Part shown: one piece after another, positions 49,701 to 62,402 of the stretch
Position numbering within the stretch: position 1 is the stretch's first letter
How the letters are laid out: each line of letters begins with the position of its first letter
DNA from: Trichosphaerium sp. ATCC 40318
Lineage: Eukaryota > Protista > Tubulinea
Reading direction: 5' to 3'
Length of the DNA stretch: 64,000 bases
Assembly: GCA_038496445.1 (NCBI GenBank)
Contig: JALMLS010000316.1
Span: 70,012 to 134,011, forward strand
The notes under the pieces: model-generated
The model's database searches: none
Told to the model about the DNA's origin: nothing
Seen by the model: only the letters and a program-made list of their open reading frames with translations
Position numbers and translations under genes: made by a program

Positions 49701-50602
49701 AATTTGTGAGAACACAATGTATTTACAACACCGTACCTGCAACATGTAAGGCTGTCTTTTCATCTTTATCTGTACTATTGACATTTGCTCCTGCATTGAT
49801 CAATAACTTAGCAATATGATCATGTCCATAAAATGCTTAGAAATGTGAGAACAGACACTGTGTTTACAACAGGTACCTGCAAAATGTAAAGCTGTACGCC
49901 CATCTTTATCAATAACATTGGCATTTGCTCCTTCATTAATCAATAAGTTAGCTATAACATTGTGTCCATTAAACGCTGAGAAGTGTGAGAACAGACATTG
50001 TATTTACAACATAGTATTTACAACACCATACCTGCTTTGTGTAAAGCTGTTTGTCCATCTATGTCTATAGCGTTGATATTCACATCTGCATTGATCAGTA
50101 TTTTTACAACATTATCATCACGTCCATATTGCACTAGAAAATGTGAGAATATCTATTGTATTTACTGCAGTACCTGCTTTGTGTAAAGCTGTTCTTCCAT
50201 ATTTATCTACAGTATTGACATCTATCCACATTAAACACATTGATGCAATATTTGGCAAATCAGCACATGCTAAATTAAGTTGATATGCGCTTACGTCCAT
50301 TATACAAACCTGAATACAGTAGAATTTTTTTGGCTCTCTCTGGACTACATAGTTTGTCCTTTAGTTTGTTTACTACAAACACATGAACAAGTTACCTAGG
50401 ATAAACAGTACCTGTTGTGACATGCTTGAAAACTTTTTTTAATAATATTGAATCAAAGTCTACGCCCAAGATAGAAGTATCAAGATTGAAGCGGCGAAGT
50501 TTTTTCAGTTCGTCTAGGCATTATTAGTAGCTTATGTATTAAAACAAGTTTGATAATACCTTTTAAGTCTCGGTTAACTTCTTCTTGGCCCTGGATTGAC
50601 AT
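46798..50602 (-). CDS. Ankyrin-repeat + PARP-type ADP-ribosyltransferase + C-terminal coiled-coil protein (one apparent frameshift near 49030)
   Basis: At least 6 ANK exons (G+TALHxA). ART motifs MAHGT, GYYGQGIYFTSSLSYA, LSLVTPGNVYPV, GYQSHY, RDELVVAQDVQAVARYII. Lys-rich and coiled-coil tail. Start codon tentative. Confidence 0.8.
49330..50230 (-). repeat. Tandem ~140-bp exon+intron modules, one ankyrin repeat each
   Basis: Exons 49330-49428 (99 nt), 49468-49566 (99), 49607-49696 (90), 49737-49835 (99), 49877-49975 (99), 50032-50133 (102), all phase 1. Introns share GTAYGGTGTTGTAAATAC..GTTCTCACA..AG. Confidence 0.9.
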
Positions 50603-51404
50603 GATATGCGGCCACTGAACGTCAGTACTTGCTTTCTTGGCTCTTGCGCAGCCACGTATGTTGATAATTGAAGTGTTTTGTTGTCTCGGCTTTGTGCGAG
50701 TTCTGAGCTGTTTGCTACAAAAAAAGTGTCATAAAGACTGGTTATATGTCAAAATTGATGTCGGTGTCAGTTTTTTGCGTTTCTGTATCCGTGCACTTTC
50801 TGTTTGAAGATTTTCCAAATACTCGCACTACGATAGCGCGTTCCATGTCACAACTGTGATATAGACGCTTTTTTTTAACGTGCCTTTTGGCTCTTTTTTA
50901 TCACGTGATAACTCTACGCTCGAGCGATATGTACTTTTGAGTTTGTATACCGCGAATGGTTACTGTGTTTTAAAGTCCTATTTTTTCGCGCTGTTTCTCG
51001 AAAAGTTGTGCGAACAAGTTGTTCTTTTCCGCTCTCATTACTACTCACCCCAAGGAGCCATAAAAACGGCTACGAATTAATAACGATTTACGTGTTAACT
51101 TACTAGCACCAAGCGCGAATGCTGGCACATAATCAGGCGTAAAGAGGAGTATTTAACGTGAGATAACGTTAAAACCTCAAAGAAAATTACAAGCGCTTCC
51201 AAAGTATCTTGCGCTGAGTGTACGGTACTAGTATAGCATAATAGTACGTTTTAGAGTATACAAGACAACTGCTGGACCTTAAAGGACGTTAACAGAACTG
51301 CTAACAATGTACAAAATAAAATAATGGTTAAAAACACGTGGTGTCGCAATAATATGTATGCGTTGTGGATTTAATTAGTTTTTTTCCAGAACTGACAATA
51401 TACG

Positions 51405-51492
51405 TCAGATCTTGTAGTTTTTAAGAGATCTTGAAAGAACTACCAAGATCTTGTAGAACTAACAGAAGTTGCAAGATCTGTCAGATCTGACT
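51405..51492. repeat. Cluster of five AGATCT motifs ending in the palindrome GTCAGATCTGAC
   Basis: Seen directly in intergenic sequence. Confidence 0.6.
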
Positions 51493-51940
51493 AAACACGA
51501 AAACCAAAAGTCACAAACAGCAAAAAGTTGCAAACTTTGCAAACTTGAATGATAAGACAATATGTTACGATTATGTCTGAGATAGTTTTGAGTGTGCAAT
51601 TCTTTGAAATAAAAAGACATGGCGACCATTGGGCGGATTTCAAATCGAGGAACTAACGAGATGTTGTGATAGCTACACCGTTTTTTTTTTAACTAGATAG
51701 ATCCCTATCGTACATTGGCCAACAAACAACAACACATAATCAGGAGAACATGCCTCTTGCAGTTGGTCCCAAATATTGTGACCTACTCATTGGTTATTAA
51801 AAGTAACAGAAATAAAACTACATAAGCTCATTCATCTGTCGCTGTTGCTGGAGGATCAGTTTCGATCAGCAATAAGTGGCATCTTTTAACAACAAATTTG
51901 TATGGATTAGAAACATGTTATCAAAATAAACTATGCCATG

Positions 51941-52795
51941 CTAGAATAATGTGTGGAACACAATTAATGCACCTGTAGTAACAAGTACCAAAGCAAGCGA
52001 GGGGGGAGTTAATGTCATTGGTACTACATCTGTTGGTGCAAGTGTTATAACTTCAGTAGTTGGTACCTCAGTCTGTATAGGAGGTGTATTTGTTGGCGCT
52101 TCAGATAATGGAGGTATAGTTGTCGGTGGTTCTGTTGTTGACGATATAGTTGGCATTTCTGTTGTTGGAGGTACAGTAGTTGAGGCTTTTGTAGATGGCA
52201 CTTATGTCGTTGGTGGAACAGTAGTTGGTATAAAATCACAAGAGTTTGTTGAAGGTTCAAACCTACAATATAGTGTTACTATCTACTGGCTATGTACTGC
52301 GTTTGGGTTGGAGTTTTTGGCTCTAGAAGCTCGGACGCACGCGAAAAAGATTGTGTTGAGACCGCTTTGTAAATTAGAAGTTTGTGCATTGGAACCAATC
52401 CTGTACACTTGAAGTAAAACTGGGTAGTATCGTATCCCACAAGAATTCTACCAAACCCAGATACTGAGAGATCAACATTTACTTGCAATATAACATATGG
52501 ACTGTTTTTTATTGCAATATTTGGGTTGTTTAATATCAAAAACGGGTTAGTAGTTTCTGGTAGCTCTAAGCATCTCTCTGTTGAGTTATAGTCCTCTTTT
52601 ATACCTATTGTTAAGCTCCTATTGGTCGTACAGTGAGAATACATCTCGGCAGTTAAAGACGTACCCGTCACCTGCGTCATCATTTAAGTTGCCATTGAAG
52701 TTGAATTCGTGTACTAGAGTTTGACCATGTGTTGTTGGTAGGTACACGATTACAAAATAGACAGCTAACAATGCGGAACCTTTGAAGTGATGCAT
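51941..52795 (-). CDS. Secreted LamG/ConA-like domain + Pro-Thr stalk protein (3' structure uncertain, possibly degenerate)
   Basis: Signal MHHFKGSALLAVYFVIVYLPTTHG, then QTLVHEFNFNGNLNDDAGDG|SLT (GTACGT..AG intron), SGFGRIL, and a PT-rich stalk. Confidence 0.6.
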
Positions 52796-52891
52796 CTTGT
52801 GTAATGGTTAGAATTATCCTGCCAATGAGAGATTGAAGTATATCTTTACAATCGCTTTTGCAAGAAAAATATGAGATAACAAAACACTTTT

Positions 52892-54002
52892 TTATTGTAT
52901 TGTACATCGCTTATGATCAGTAGTACCACCATACTTATCAATCCTTGGTAGTGTATGGTAAGTACCACGAAATATAGTGCAAACCTCATCAACAACTATA
53001 AAGCCAAGTCAATAAGGTGAAAAATTGAGATAAAGTTTAATACGTTCTGCAACACCAATACCACAAAGGCTATCAACTTCAACATAACTAAAAGCCTATC
53101 CAAAAAAAAAAGATGTAAGCTAACATTTGATGTTATTCGTCAAGTACCTTAGTTTGTTTTGCTAAATCAATACCTTGTGACCAACTTATAACAGACTCAC
53201 GAGGCCTACCCTTAATATTTTTTAGCTTCGAAAAAAAAAATTGCTTCGAAATTGTTTTGGTTGTCGAGTTGCGTAGGGACCAAGGTGATTTAAATATGTA
53301 CCTCCAAAATAGCTGTAACTCTTGAATTTTGTTTTAAGCCAACAAGAATACGTGGCACAAGAAGTCCGTGATGGTTTAACTCTGGTATCCACTACCCTAT
53401 TAAATAAGCACATAAACAAAAACAAATATATAGAGAGTTATTGTACGCACTCGAGATGTAATACTCTCATATGATTCATAGTTATCAAGGGAGAAGCAAA
53501 CTAAGAGAACATCCTATTCTTACAACCGTCATCCAAACAGGGCGTTATAAGCTTGTACAATAAAAACAAAAAGTAAACATCAAAGAAAATTACCGTGCTA
53601 GGATAAGTAATAGGCCTCAACCTATCATACTCTGGTTTACCACTTGTATCGCATATTCCTACAATACATTAATCATTTTTAAGTGAAAAAAAAAATACAG
53701 TTAAAGGTTACGACCACGTGCAAACACAAAACCGGAAATCTAAAAATACATTCCGCCTAGGTACCTACAGTAAACGGGTCTTTGCGAATCGCAATTTCAG
53801 CACAAACTGCAGGCAGAACGAAGGACTCATGAGGTAAAATATCTCCAAACGGTTCTTCATGATTAAATCCGCTATTAATACACCATATTAGATGCGTTTT
53901 GCCTTTAGTTTGTTAGTATAGCATAGTTTTTATGTTTATTTTACCTACACCCCGGTCACCACAAACCACAACCCTAATATTACTGGGGATATCAGATGCC
54001 AT
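52892..54002 (-). CDS. Divergent Rho/Rac-family small GTPase (8 exons; not in the ORF track)
   Basis: [66 protein letters not shown]; C-terminal CAAX CTIQ-stop. All introns are GT-AG and in frame. Confidence 0.9.
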
Positions 54003-54666
54003 TTGTATTCGCCTTACCGTTTAAAGTTCACTTAACCAATTGTACTGAGCTTATGAAGGAATATGCAAACAGCCCTAATGCTGCTAATGACTCGGTCATA
54101 AGCTGAGTTGAGTAGAGAAAACCTGATGAAGCCTATTGGCGTGCATGGGCTGGCGAAGAAGTACGAATTGAAAAAGTTCTGTGTGTTCTTCAAGCAACAT
54201 CATTGCAGAAAGCCCATCCTGGTATGATGGTGGTATAACAAATATTGCCGCTAACACCATAACTTGACGTAATTGGAGCGTCTGCAGCCCCGTATGAAGG
54301 ATTTTGAAGGTTGTTCCATTGCCATCTCCTTGGTTTATTGGGCGGATTGTTCTTAACGATTTTGACAGGTAATGAAGAATGGCCTCTGCAATTACCATCT
54401 AAAAACAGAACAGGTACGCGTTTTCTCAGGTCAAAAACAGTTGATTTGGGAGTTCAAGCATGAGTGGTAGGTGTACTACGCTGTAAGTGAACAGCAAAAA
54501 CAATATGTTCGAATGAAAAAAAAAACTTGAAATTTCTTTCCCGGAGGCCTATAATTTGGCACAGTGAAGCTATGAGTGCCTATAGTCGTAATTTCTCTAG
54601 ACACGGGCTACAGTGAGAGTCCAGGACTATATAGTAGACAAGTATACATTATAGTGGAAATCTGAT

Positions 54667-57600
54667 TTATTTTATCTTTTGTTTCTTTGATTGATTTCTT
54701 GAGTTACGACGACGTTTACGTTTATCGCTAGGTGTACTTTTTTTAGGTTTTGCATTTGAGAAGTTTGGGTCCAAACACGTGAGCACTATTTTAGGAGAGT
54801 GTGGTACAGACTCATCAACTTCAAGGCGTATCTTAACCTTTGCAAAAATAGATAATTTAAAACTACCAAAATCAAGCTCTTGAGCCCTCTCATCGAATTT
54901 TGCAATACCTTTTGGTATGTAAACAACTTCTTCGATACCATATCTAATTGAAAAGTAAGTAGGTATGACATTAGATACAGATACAGATGAATATATGAAA
55001 AGTAATCAAGTTGAGGAAAAAAATAAATTCATGAATTTATCAAGACATTAACGCTATGTATAATTAACCAGAAGTACTACATTGATATGTATATATACTA
55101 CAATTAGTAATACACAACATATTGTATTCTGATCGACATAGTCTAACATGAAATGGTGGAAAATGTGAAAAATTGCTGCAAGCGTTTTTTTTCTGAATTT
55201 TTTTTCGACAGAAAAGTAAATAATCATACCTTGCTACCATGACATGGAATCCATTACTCCTTACGGACATTACATAAGCATCTTCTTCAATAACTTTTCC
55301 TTTGAAAAAATAAACAGTATGAAGCTTCACTGAGTCCCTAGAAGCATATTCTGCCATGCGATGACTTCTATTAATACGATCACATGTACGTTGAATTCCC
55401 GTTCTATTAATAGACGAATGGACAGGAGCAATGGCTATACTAGCAGCAAGTAACCTGTGTACAATAATATCTATACAATAGAATATCAGATAGATGTAAC
55501 AGAGCAAATAAAGTGAAGAAATCGACAAACAATAAACGTGTCAACTTTTTTTGCACATGTCTCATTTTTCATAACAAAAAACAAAGAGTTTTGAAGCAGT
55601 ACCTGCGTATCTACGAATAGGTGATGTGAAATGAGTGTAAATAGGTGCAGCGAGTCCGTAGTGATGAAATTCAGAAGGAGGTACTGATCCTGAAGCGAAA
55701 TATCTTGCTTGTTGCATACACCGTGTTGCCAATATTCTTATAAGTTTGTTCACAAATGGATCAGAAGATACCTTGAGACAATAATTAGTTTTTTACAAAA
55801 TGGCCGATCACGGGATGGAAAGTTTTTTTTGTGAAGCGGTGAAACGGTGGTGTAGGTGGTGTACGTACGTTTGCTTTATCTAGGGAGTCTGAGAGCTCTT
55901 TAGAGTTTCCGACATCAAGAGTTACTCCAAGTTTTTTTACAATTTGAATAAGTCCTTCTAACTTCTTTGGATCAGGGGAAGGATGACGCCTTTACATATA
56001 AATATTAGCTTTAAACGAAGTAATAATATTGGATGATTTAAATGAACAGAAGGAAATAACTTGACACAAAGAAGATAACAATCTTTTATACCGTTGAGAA
56101 AAAATGTTTCGTCAAAAAACGAACCTTAAGAGTGCCTTGGCAGGGAAGAATCCATGTATCTGTTTTGCTACAGATATATTTGCTAAAAGCATAAACTCTT
56201 CAACAAGTGAATTGGTCTCTTTGGTTTGGTAAAGTTCTATAAAAGACATAAGAAAAATGATAATCGACAACAGTTTTTTTTTATGTAAGAATACTTACCA
56301 ACATCTATTGGGTCATTTGTCTCTTCGTCTTTTATGAATTTGACTTGTGGAGATGCAAGTGTCAAAGCACCTTTCTCAAGGCGCATGGACCTAAGTTGCT
56401 TTGCAATACTATTTAGTGCACGTAAACTTTGTGTAATATCATCATTAAGTGACCTAAAATAATGTCAAACGCAAAACGAAAACCATAAAAAAAAAACAGA
56501 TCAACTGTCTATGAAATAGCTTCATTGTGGATGACCGAAATGGTTCATGCAATTAAAATATTTAAAACATTGCATTAATAAAAAGAGCAATAACATGCAA
56601 TGAGCTTGGACAAGCCAAAGAACATGAAAGTATCGGGAAAAAAATAATAAAAATTATAACTTACTTATCATCTATGCGTTGCTGTGCTTCACCATAAGTA
56701 AAGGCACGCCTTGAGCATATTACAGTACGACAAAACTCTGTTGATTTAATTTCTGCTTCAGGCGTTATTTCCTAAACACAAATCAATGACTACCAAACAA
56801 CACTTCGACATTCTTCTTGACATAAGCTCTTAAAAGTTAAAAAAGCAAGAAAAAAAAGAAATATTTTGGCTCCTGCAGAAGGAAGAACTACGTTGAAATA
56901 TCCGTAGAACGCCATCCAAGAAGCCGTATCACTCCTGTTCGGTTTATAGAAACACCAAGTAATCATTGACGAGAAAAACGTGATGGCAATAATAACGTAC
57001 CCACATTACAGAAAAAGCAACACGATCTACTTTCTCTCTCAAAGAACAAATATTTGTTGATAAAGCAGAAGGAAGCATATCAATACGTCTATCAGCAAGG
57101 TAAACAGAAACACCACGTTTTGCTGCTTCCTTATCAAGAGGTGTATCTTCCTTGACATAATATGTGACATCTGCAATATGTACGCCAACATTAAAGTTGC
57201 CATTCGGCAGTTTGTATGCGTGTAAGGCATCATCTATATCTGTACAACCAATTGGATCAATAGAAACAATATTAAGGTGTCTTAAGTCTGTTCTAAATTC
57301 CATATCGGCTTCTGTTACTTCAAGACGTTCAGGAACACACTAAGGAATGTGAGTTTTCACTTCAAAGAAAAAGAACAAATAAACAGGCAGTTATCTGTGT
57401 ATACCTCTCTGACTTGTGGTGACCATTCTTGGTACCGGACATGGTGGGATACAAGTAGAGCTTCTGCTTCTACATCTTTGTCACCTAAAATAAAAATAAG
57501 AACAAGAACTCGATATCAAAAGGCTTCTAATCAACAATCACAGTTACTGTAGTTTCTGCCGCTTACGGAGCACCCCTTAAAGGCAATTACCACATGTATA

Positions 57601-59276
57601 CGCACCTGCATTACCAAGAAGTCTGACAAAATGACCATCAGGATACTTTGAGGTTCTAGACCAACTATCAATACTGACAACAATCCGTTTATCTAGAACG
57701 TAACCAATTAGCTTATAACAAAGGCTCGTTTTCTTTTCAAAAAACGTACTTTCTAATTTAGCCCCTTGATTAGTAGTTATGCGCACTAATGGTACAGTCT
57801 GATCCGTGGACATGAATAAGAATTTTTTCTTATCTTTTGTAGTCGTGTCTCTGATCAAGGAGCCACAAAATCTGGTATGTCAAGGAAATAAAAAAGAAGA
57901 AACAAAAAATGTCACCTCCTGCATAGGTGCGCAAGTAATTATATTCTCTGTAATCAAAGGATACGCTCCCCACTTTCTTCTTATTATACCAACAACTCTA
58001 GCACTCGCAACTTTCTCTAATTCCCCTTGAATCTCATCATCTTCATAATCATATATTTCAGCTCTTTTAATAATTTTTTGAGATTTAGATTTCCACTCTT
58101 CATTAGGCAATAATTGTACGGCAACAATATCACCATTAGTAGCTCTAAACACAACATATATCAGTACACTAAGAATCCAGAAAAAAAGAAACAGATGACC
58201 CCAGAGAAAGAACAAAAACCAAAAGAGAAAAACGCACCTGTTGATATCCTTTAGACCACAAACTAGAACCTCCCTGTTATCTACATATACACTACCTTGC
58301 ATAGCATTATCATGAGATAAACGAAAACCACCCTGTCTGTATTTTCCACTCATTAATCCATCCTTGATCTCAACAGGGTTGGCATGCTGCGAGTGAAAGT
58401 CAAAACAACATTACCAACTAGCTCTGTTCTTACCTTTGGAAATACAATCTCAGCGTTGTCCATATCAACATCTAACTCATCGGTTACTCTAGGCCTTACA
58501 ACAATATCCATTATTTCAGGATCATTGAGGTCCTGAGCGTACTCCCAAACTAAATATACGTTAGTGTTGTCCAACAAATGTCACACGCATTAAATACGCG
58601 TCCAACGAATGTTCCATAAGCTCTCATAGCGTATAAACGTCGATATACAAATACGTACTTGTTTTTGCGTTTAATCCTGCCTCTACAGCTCGGGCTTTGT
58701 TGGCTTTGTCATTTGTTAACAGAATGACGTCGATAGAAGGCAAATGCGAAGTGTACCACTGAGTGGCAGTTCGTATGGCTCTATCATTTCTGTCATTTGG
58801 CGATTCGCCACGCAGTGGATCGACATACGTTCCCCTAGGGTAGTTTTAATGGCTACTGGGATTTTTTGAGAAAATGCAAATATTATTCTCTTTTTCCGTT
58901 GCGTTTGTATTTTTTTAGCGTAGAGAGGGTCGTACTTGTGGTGTTCGTTGGAAAATACATAGAATCTTTGTTTATTTGCAATTAATTCGCGTAACCGCTC
59001 TTTAGTATGTCGTGACTGATGTCCCACCTCCTCGATGACAGTTTGAAGTATTATTACGTTTTCAATCTTTGGGTGTTCAATAAAATCGATTTGGTGTAGC
59101 ACTACATTGGTGTCCAGTATCAAATAAGGACCAGAATCGCCTAATTTCCCACCACCGTAGCATTTTTTACAAATTGGAGAACCACACCATATATCTTCAC
59201 GTAAGTAGTGCTCTTTTATTGTTCGTATGATTTTCTTCCTTCTGGTCACACGAGTGACGGCCTTACGGCGCAACAT
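54667..59276 (-). CDS. DIS3: Exosome catalytic subunit DIS3/RRP44
   Basis: [23 protein letters not shown] (PIN), [51 protein letters not shown]. Confidence 0.97.
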
Positions 59277-59615
59277 ACGAAAAAAATAACAAAAAACAAA
59301 GAACACGACAAGACTATGACTAAAAAATGTCACTCTACAAAAATGCTTAAAATTACCGTAATCCATTGTCCACAAGTTTTTTTATTAATTTACAAACTTT
59401 TTTTGTTTTTCTCAGTGCGGTGACAGCGAGTTTACTTTTTTTTTTTTGCAAAAACGGAATGTCACTCCACGCGAAAACGTACATGAAAAAACTCCACGTG
59501 ATACCTAATAAGTCATAGAACACCCAAAATTACTTCATACATAATATCAATTATCACGTGACTTTGACAAGCCACAAATTTTTTTCCATATTTTCCTTTC
59601 GGTTTTTCAAGATAT

Positions 59616-60440
59616 TCATGATTTATTCGTAGGCCTCTCAAGTAATAAACCAAACTTTTTGATACTATCCCAATCAAGATCTCTTATTTTATATCCTTTA
59701 TGTATCATAGGCTTAATCTTTGTCCTGAACCACATCTCCTCAGGAGCGCATCTCTCCATTTCTAAAAATTCTTGAACTGTAAATTTTTGCTCTACAGGGT
59801 CTGCGTAAGGAACCAAAACACACTCTTTTGGTGGTTCTGAATCAGAAAGGGAATTTGTTAGTTTTGGAGGTTTGATCTTTCTTAGAGAAGCAGCTAAGAA
59901 CGTCTGCAAGTCAACCAGTTGATAATACTCCGCCTCAATGATTAAAGATTGAATTTCTCTTAAAGATAAATCAGGCAGTGTCTTATTTCTTAGCCAGTTA
60001 AGGATATGATGAAAATATGTAGGATCACGGTCTATAAAGACACTATTTGTTGAAGTATCCTTTTCAAGCTTAAATCGACCTACATGCAATGTTTAGAGAG
60101 TTATTGTAGCGCGTGACGGCTGAAAAGTGTCGTTTTGTGTTGAAATAAATAGTTCGGAGTAAAACTGTTGTTTACACACCAGAAAACATGGCGCTGAGCA
60201 TGCTATTTGATACAGCCTTTAACGTGGTTGATGTAGTAGTAAATAATTGACCTCCAACGTCTAAAAAGGTACTTTAGTATTACGAGCGTGCTGTCGGTAA
60301 AAATTACAAGCGTTATGGGAAGGGTAAAAAAGAATTGATGCATTTTTAGTTTTAGTTTTGTTTGTACTTAGTTTCACGATAGTTGACTGATTCTTCGATG
60401 TATATTTACTCTTGTGCTTGTGGTTGTCGTTTATTGACAT
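59616..60440 (-). CDS. KCTD-type BTB/POZ domain protein
   Basis: IVKL|DVGGQLFTTTSTTL..SMLSAMFSG|RF..FIDRDPTYFHHILNWLR..EAEYYQL. Confidence 0.9.
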
Positions 60441-60818
60441 TTTATTTAAACGACGCTACCAAAAAACGTAGGAGCTGCTTAAAACGGTTGAACCTGAGTT
60501 TGAGAACACTGAGATCTATTGTATTACTGTGTTTTGTATTTTAAGCAGAATTAAATACTGACTGACAAATTCGCCAAAAAAACTTAACAAACGGATTTAG
60601 TCAAAAGGTCACTCCCTTGTATTCTTATCAACATGTTTCGCACGTTTCATTGTTTGATAGAGTTGACAAAGCTAGTATAGGCACGTCTAGGCGTTTTTTT
60701 TTCTGAATAAAAAAAACAAAGCGTTTGTTGCAGCTACGCCAAAAAGGATTTATTTTAGCAAACAAAGTATATGTGTACAATCGGGACAACTCGTAATTCA
60801 TTTTCTGACTCGAATATT

Positions 60819-62181
60819 TTAAAATCCTCCATAGTTACGACCACCATGCTTTTGACGCGATTTACGACCACCCCTTTTAAAAAGAGAGTGTTAGAATAAA
60901 AAGAAAAAATAAACAAAGGAGTTGCTCACTTTCTTCCTTTTCTGCTCTTTAGATTGCCCATCATCATATCGTCATAACCAGGTGCATCACCCATGCCATC
61001 ATCCATAACAGCCTATTACAGTTAGAACCTCTAAGTTGTAGAATACTAAAACGTCGGACTAGCGAGTAGTTTTCAAATTTTTTTTAAAATGACATACTTT
61101 GATATTCTTTTTAATTTCTGAAATGCGCTCTTCGTAAGCAGCAGCGGCTTTTTTAGCACGCTCTTGTTCTGTTATGCCCCAGTGGACCTTTGCTTTAATG
61201 TCTTTCATCAAAGATTCGGAGTTGGTTACCCTAGAGAAGTTGGTATAAGCGCATATGTAACCGCTTTAAAAATGAGCTCTTACCAAGTTTCCAATTTTGA
61301 AAGAAGAGCGCCAATCTCTTCTGGACGTACATCACGTGCTAATTAAGGTATCAGTGATGTTCCAAGAGTAAAACAAAGGCAAAGAAAGAAATGAAAATGG
61401 GTTTTCTCGCGCGTACAAATGACAGTTTCTACTTGTAACTGAGAGTGCTCTTGATCTAATTTTGCTACCAAAACACCCTAAACAAACGTCAAAAGAAGAA
61501 AAAAAAAAGTTAATTGTTTGTAGCTACAAACCTGGTAAATGGACTCAATAATCAAATCTTCTAAGTCACGAAGATTGGGAATAGCGAGTTCTTTTAATAA
61601 CATCGTATAAGCGAGTGTCTGTACAAAGCGTTAAAATTGCGACCCGTTATTGCTACAAAAGTATTGCTGCGTAAATATGTCGCGGTACAACGTACTCTGT
61701 TTGTTGAGGCTAGACCAGCGATGGTAAGTTGTCTAAGCTTTAGTAATTGCGCTTCAGTAAGCTTTGGTAGGTCGTCGCGTTCTGTAGAGAGTGTTGGTGT
61801 TCGTTGAATACAACAAGAAGAAAATAAAAGTTAAATAGACAGTTAATCACTGTAAGCCAGCGATCATCAATTACGTACTTGTGTAATCGCTGTAGAGTCC
61901 GTAGGCAAAAATTTCTAACAGCTCATGGTAGAGCTTAGGCTCACCTGTGGCAGTTTTCATCTGTGTTTTAAAGATCAGAGAAGTGTCTTGGTTGTATTGT
62001 CGCGTACGGCCTTTATGTTATCCATTGCAAGCAACTCACCGAATACAAAAAGATTTGGTGCGCTCAGAGCCTGTTTAATGACTTGTTGAAGCGCTGAAGC
62101 GGATTTTGTGGACTTGGCCATAATAACGAACGGTTGGACATGTTGACCGCTTGAGAGCTCTTTAATACTTACAGCTGCCAT
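60819..62181 (-). CDS. COPS7: COP9 signalosome subunit 7 (PCI domain)
   Basis: IKQALSAPNLFVFGELL, LLEIFAYG, KLRQLTI, LRDLEDLIIESIY, KLDQ, RDVRPEE. Confidence 0.9.
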
Positions 62182-62402
62182 GTTGCGTATACTCAAATTT
62201 TACTGTACGACTGAATAACACAAATAACAAAAGTCTTTGAAATTAAACAAAACGGATTTGCTGAAAAACTAGTCTCAGTCAACTAATCTGTTGAGCCGAT
62301 CGCATGGCGAGTGACTGGTTTATTTGTAGTGGTACGATTAACCACATTGATCCGACAAAAAAAATAAAGACCTTATCTTTGTCTTTATGTATTATACATT
62401 CC

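Noticed and set aside
54096-54398. 100-aa minus-strand ORF upstream of the Rho gene
   Set aside because: No motif and no convincing splice connection to neighbouring genes.
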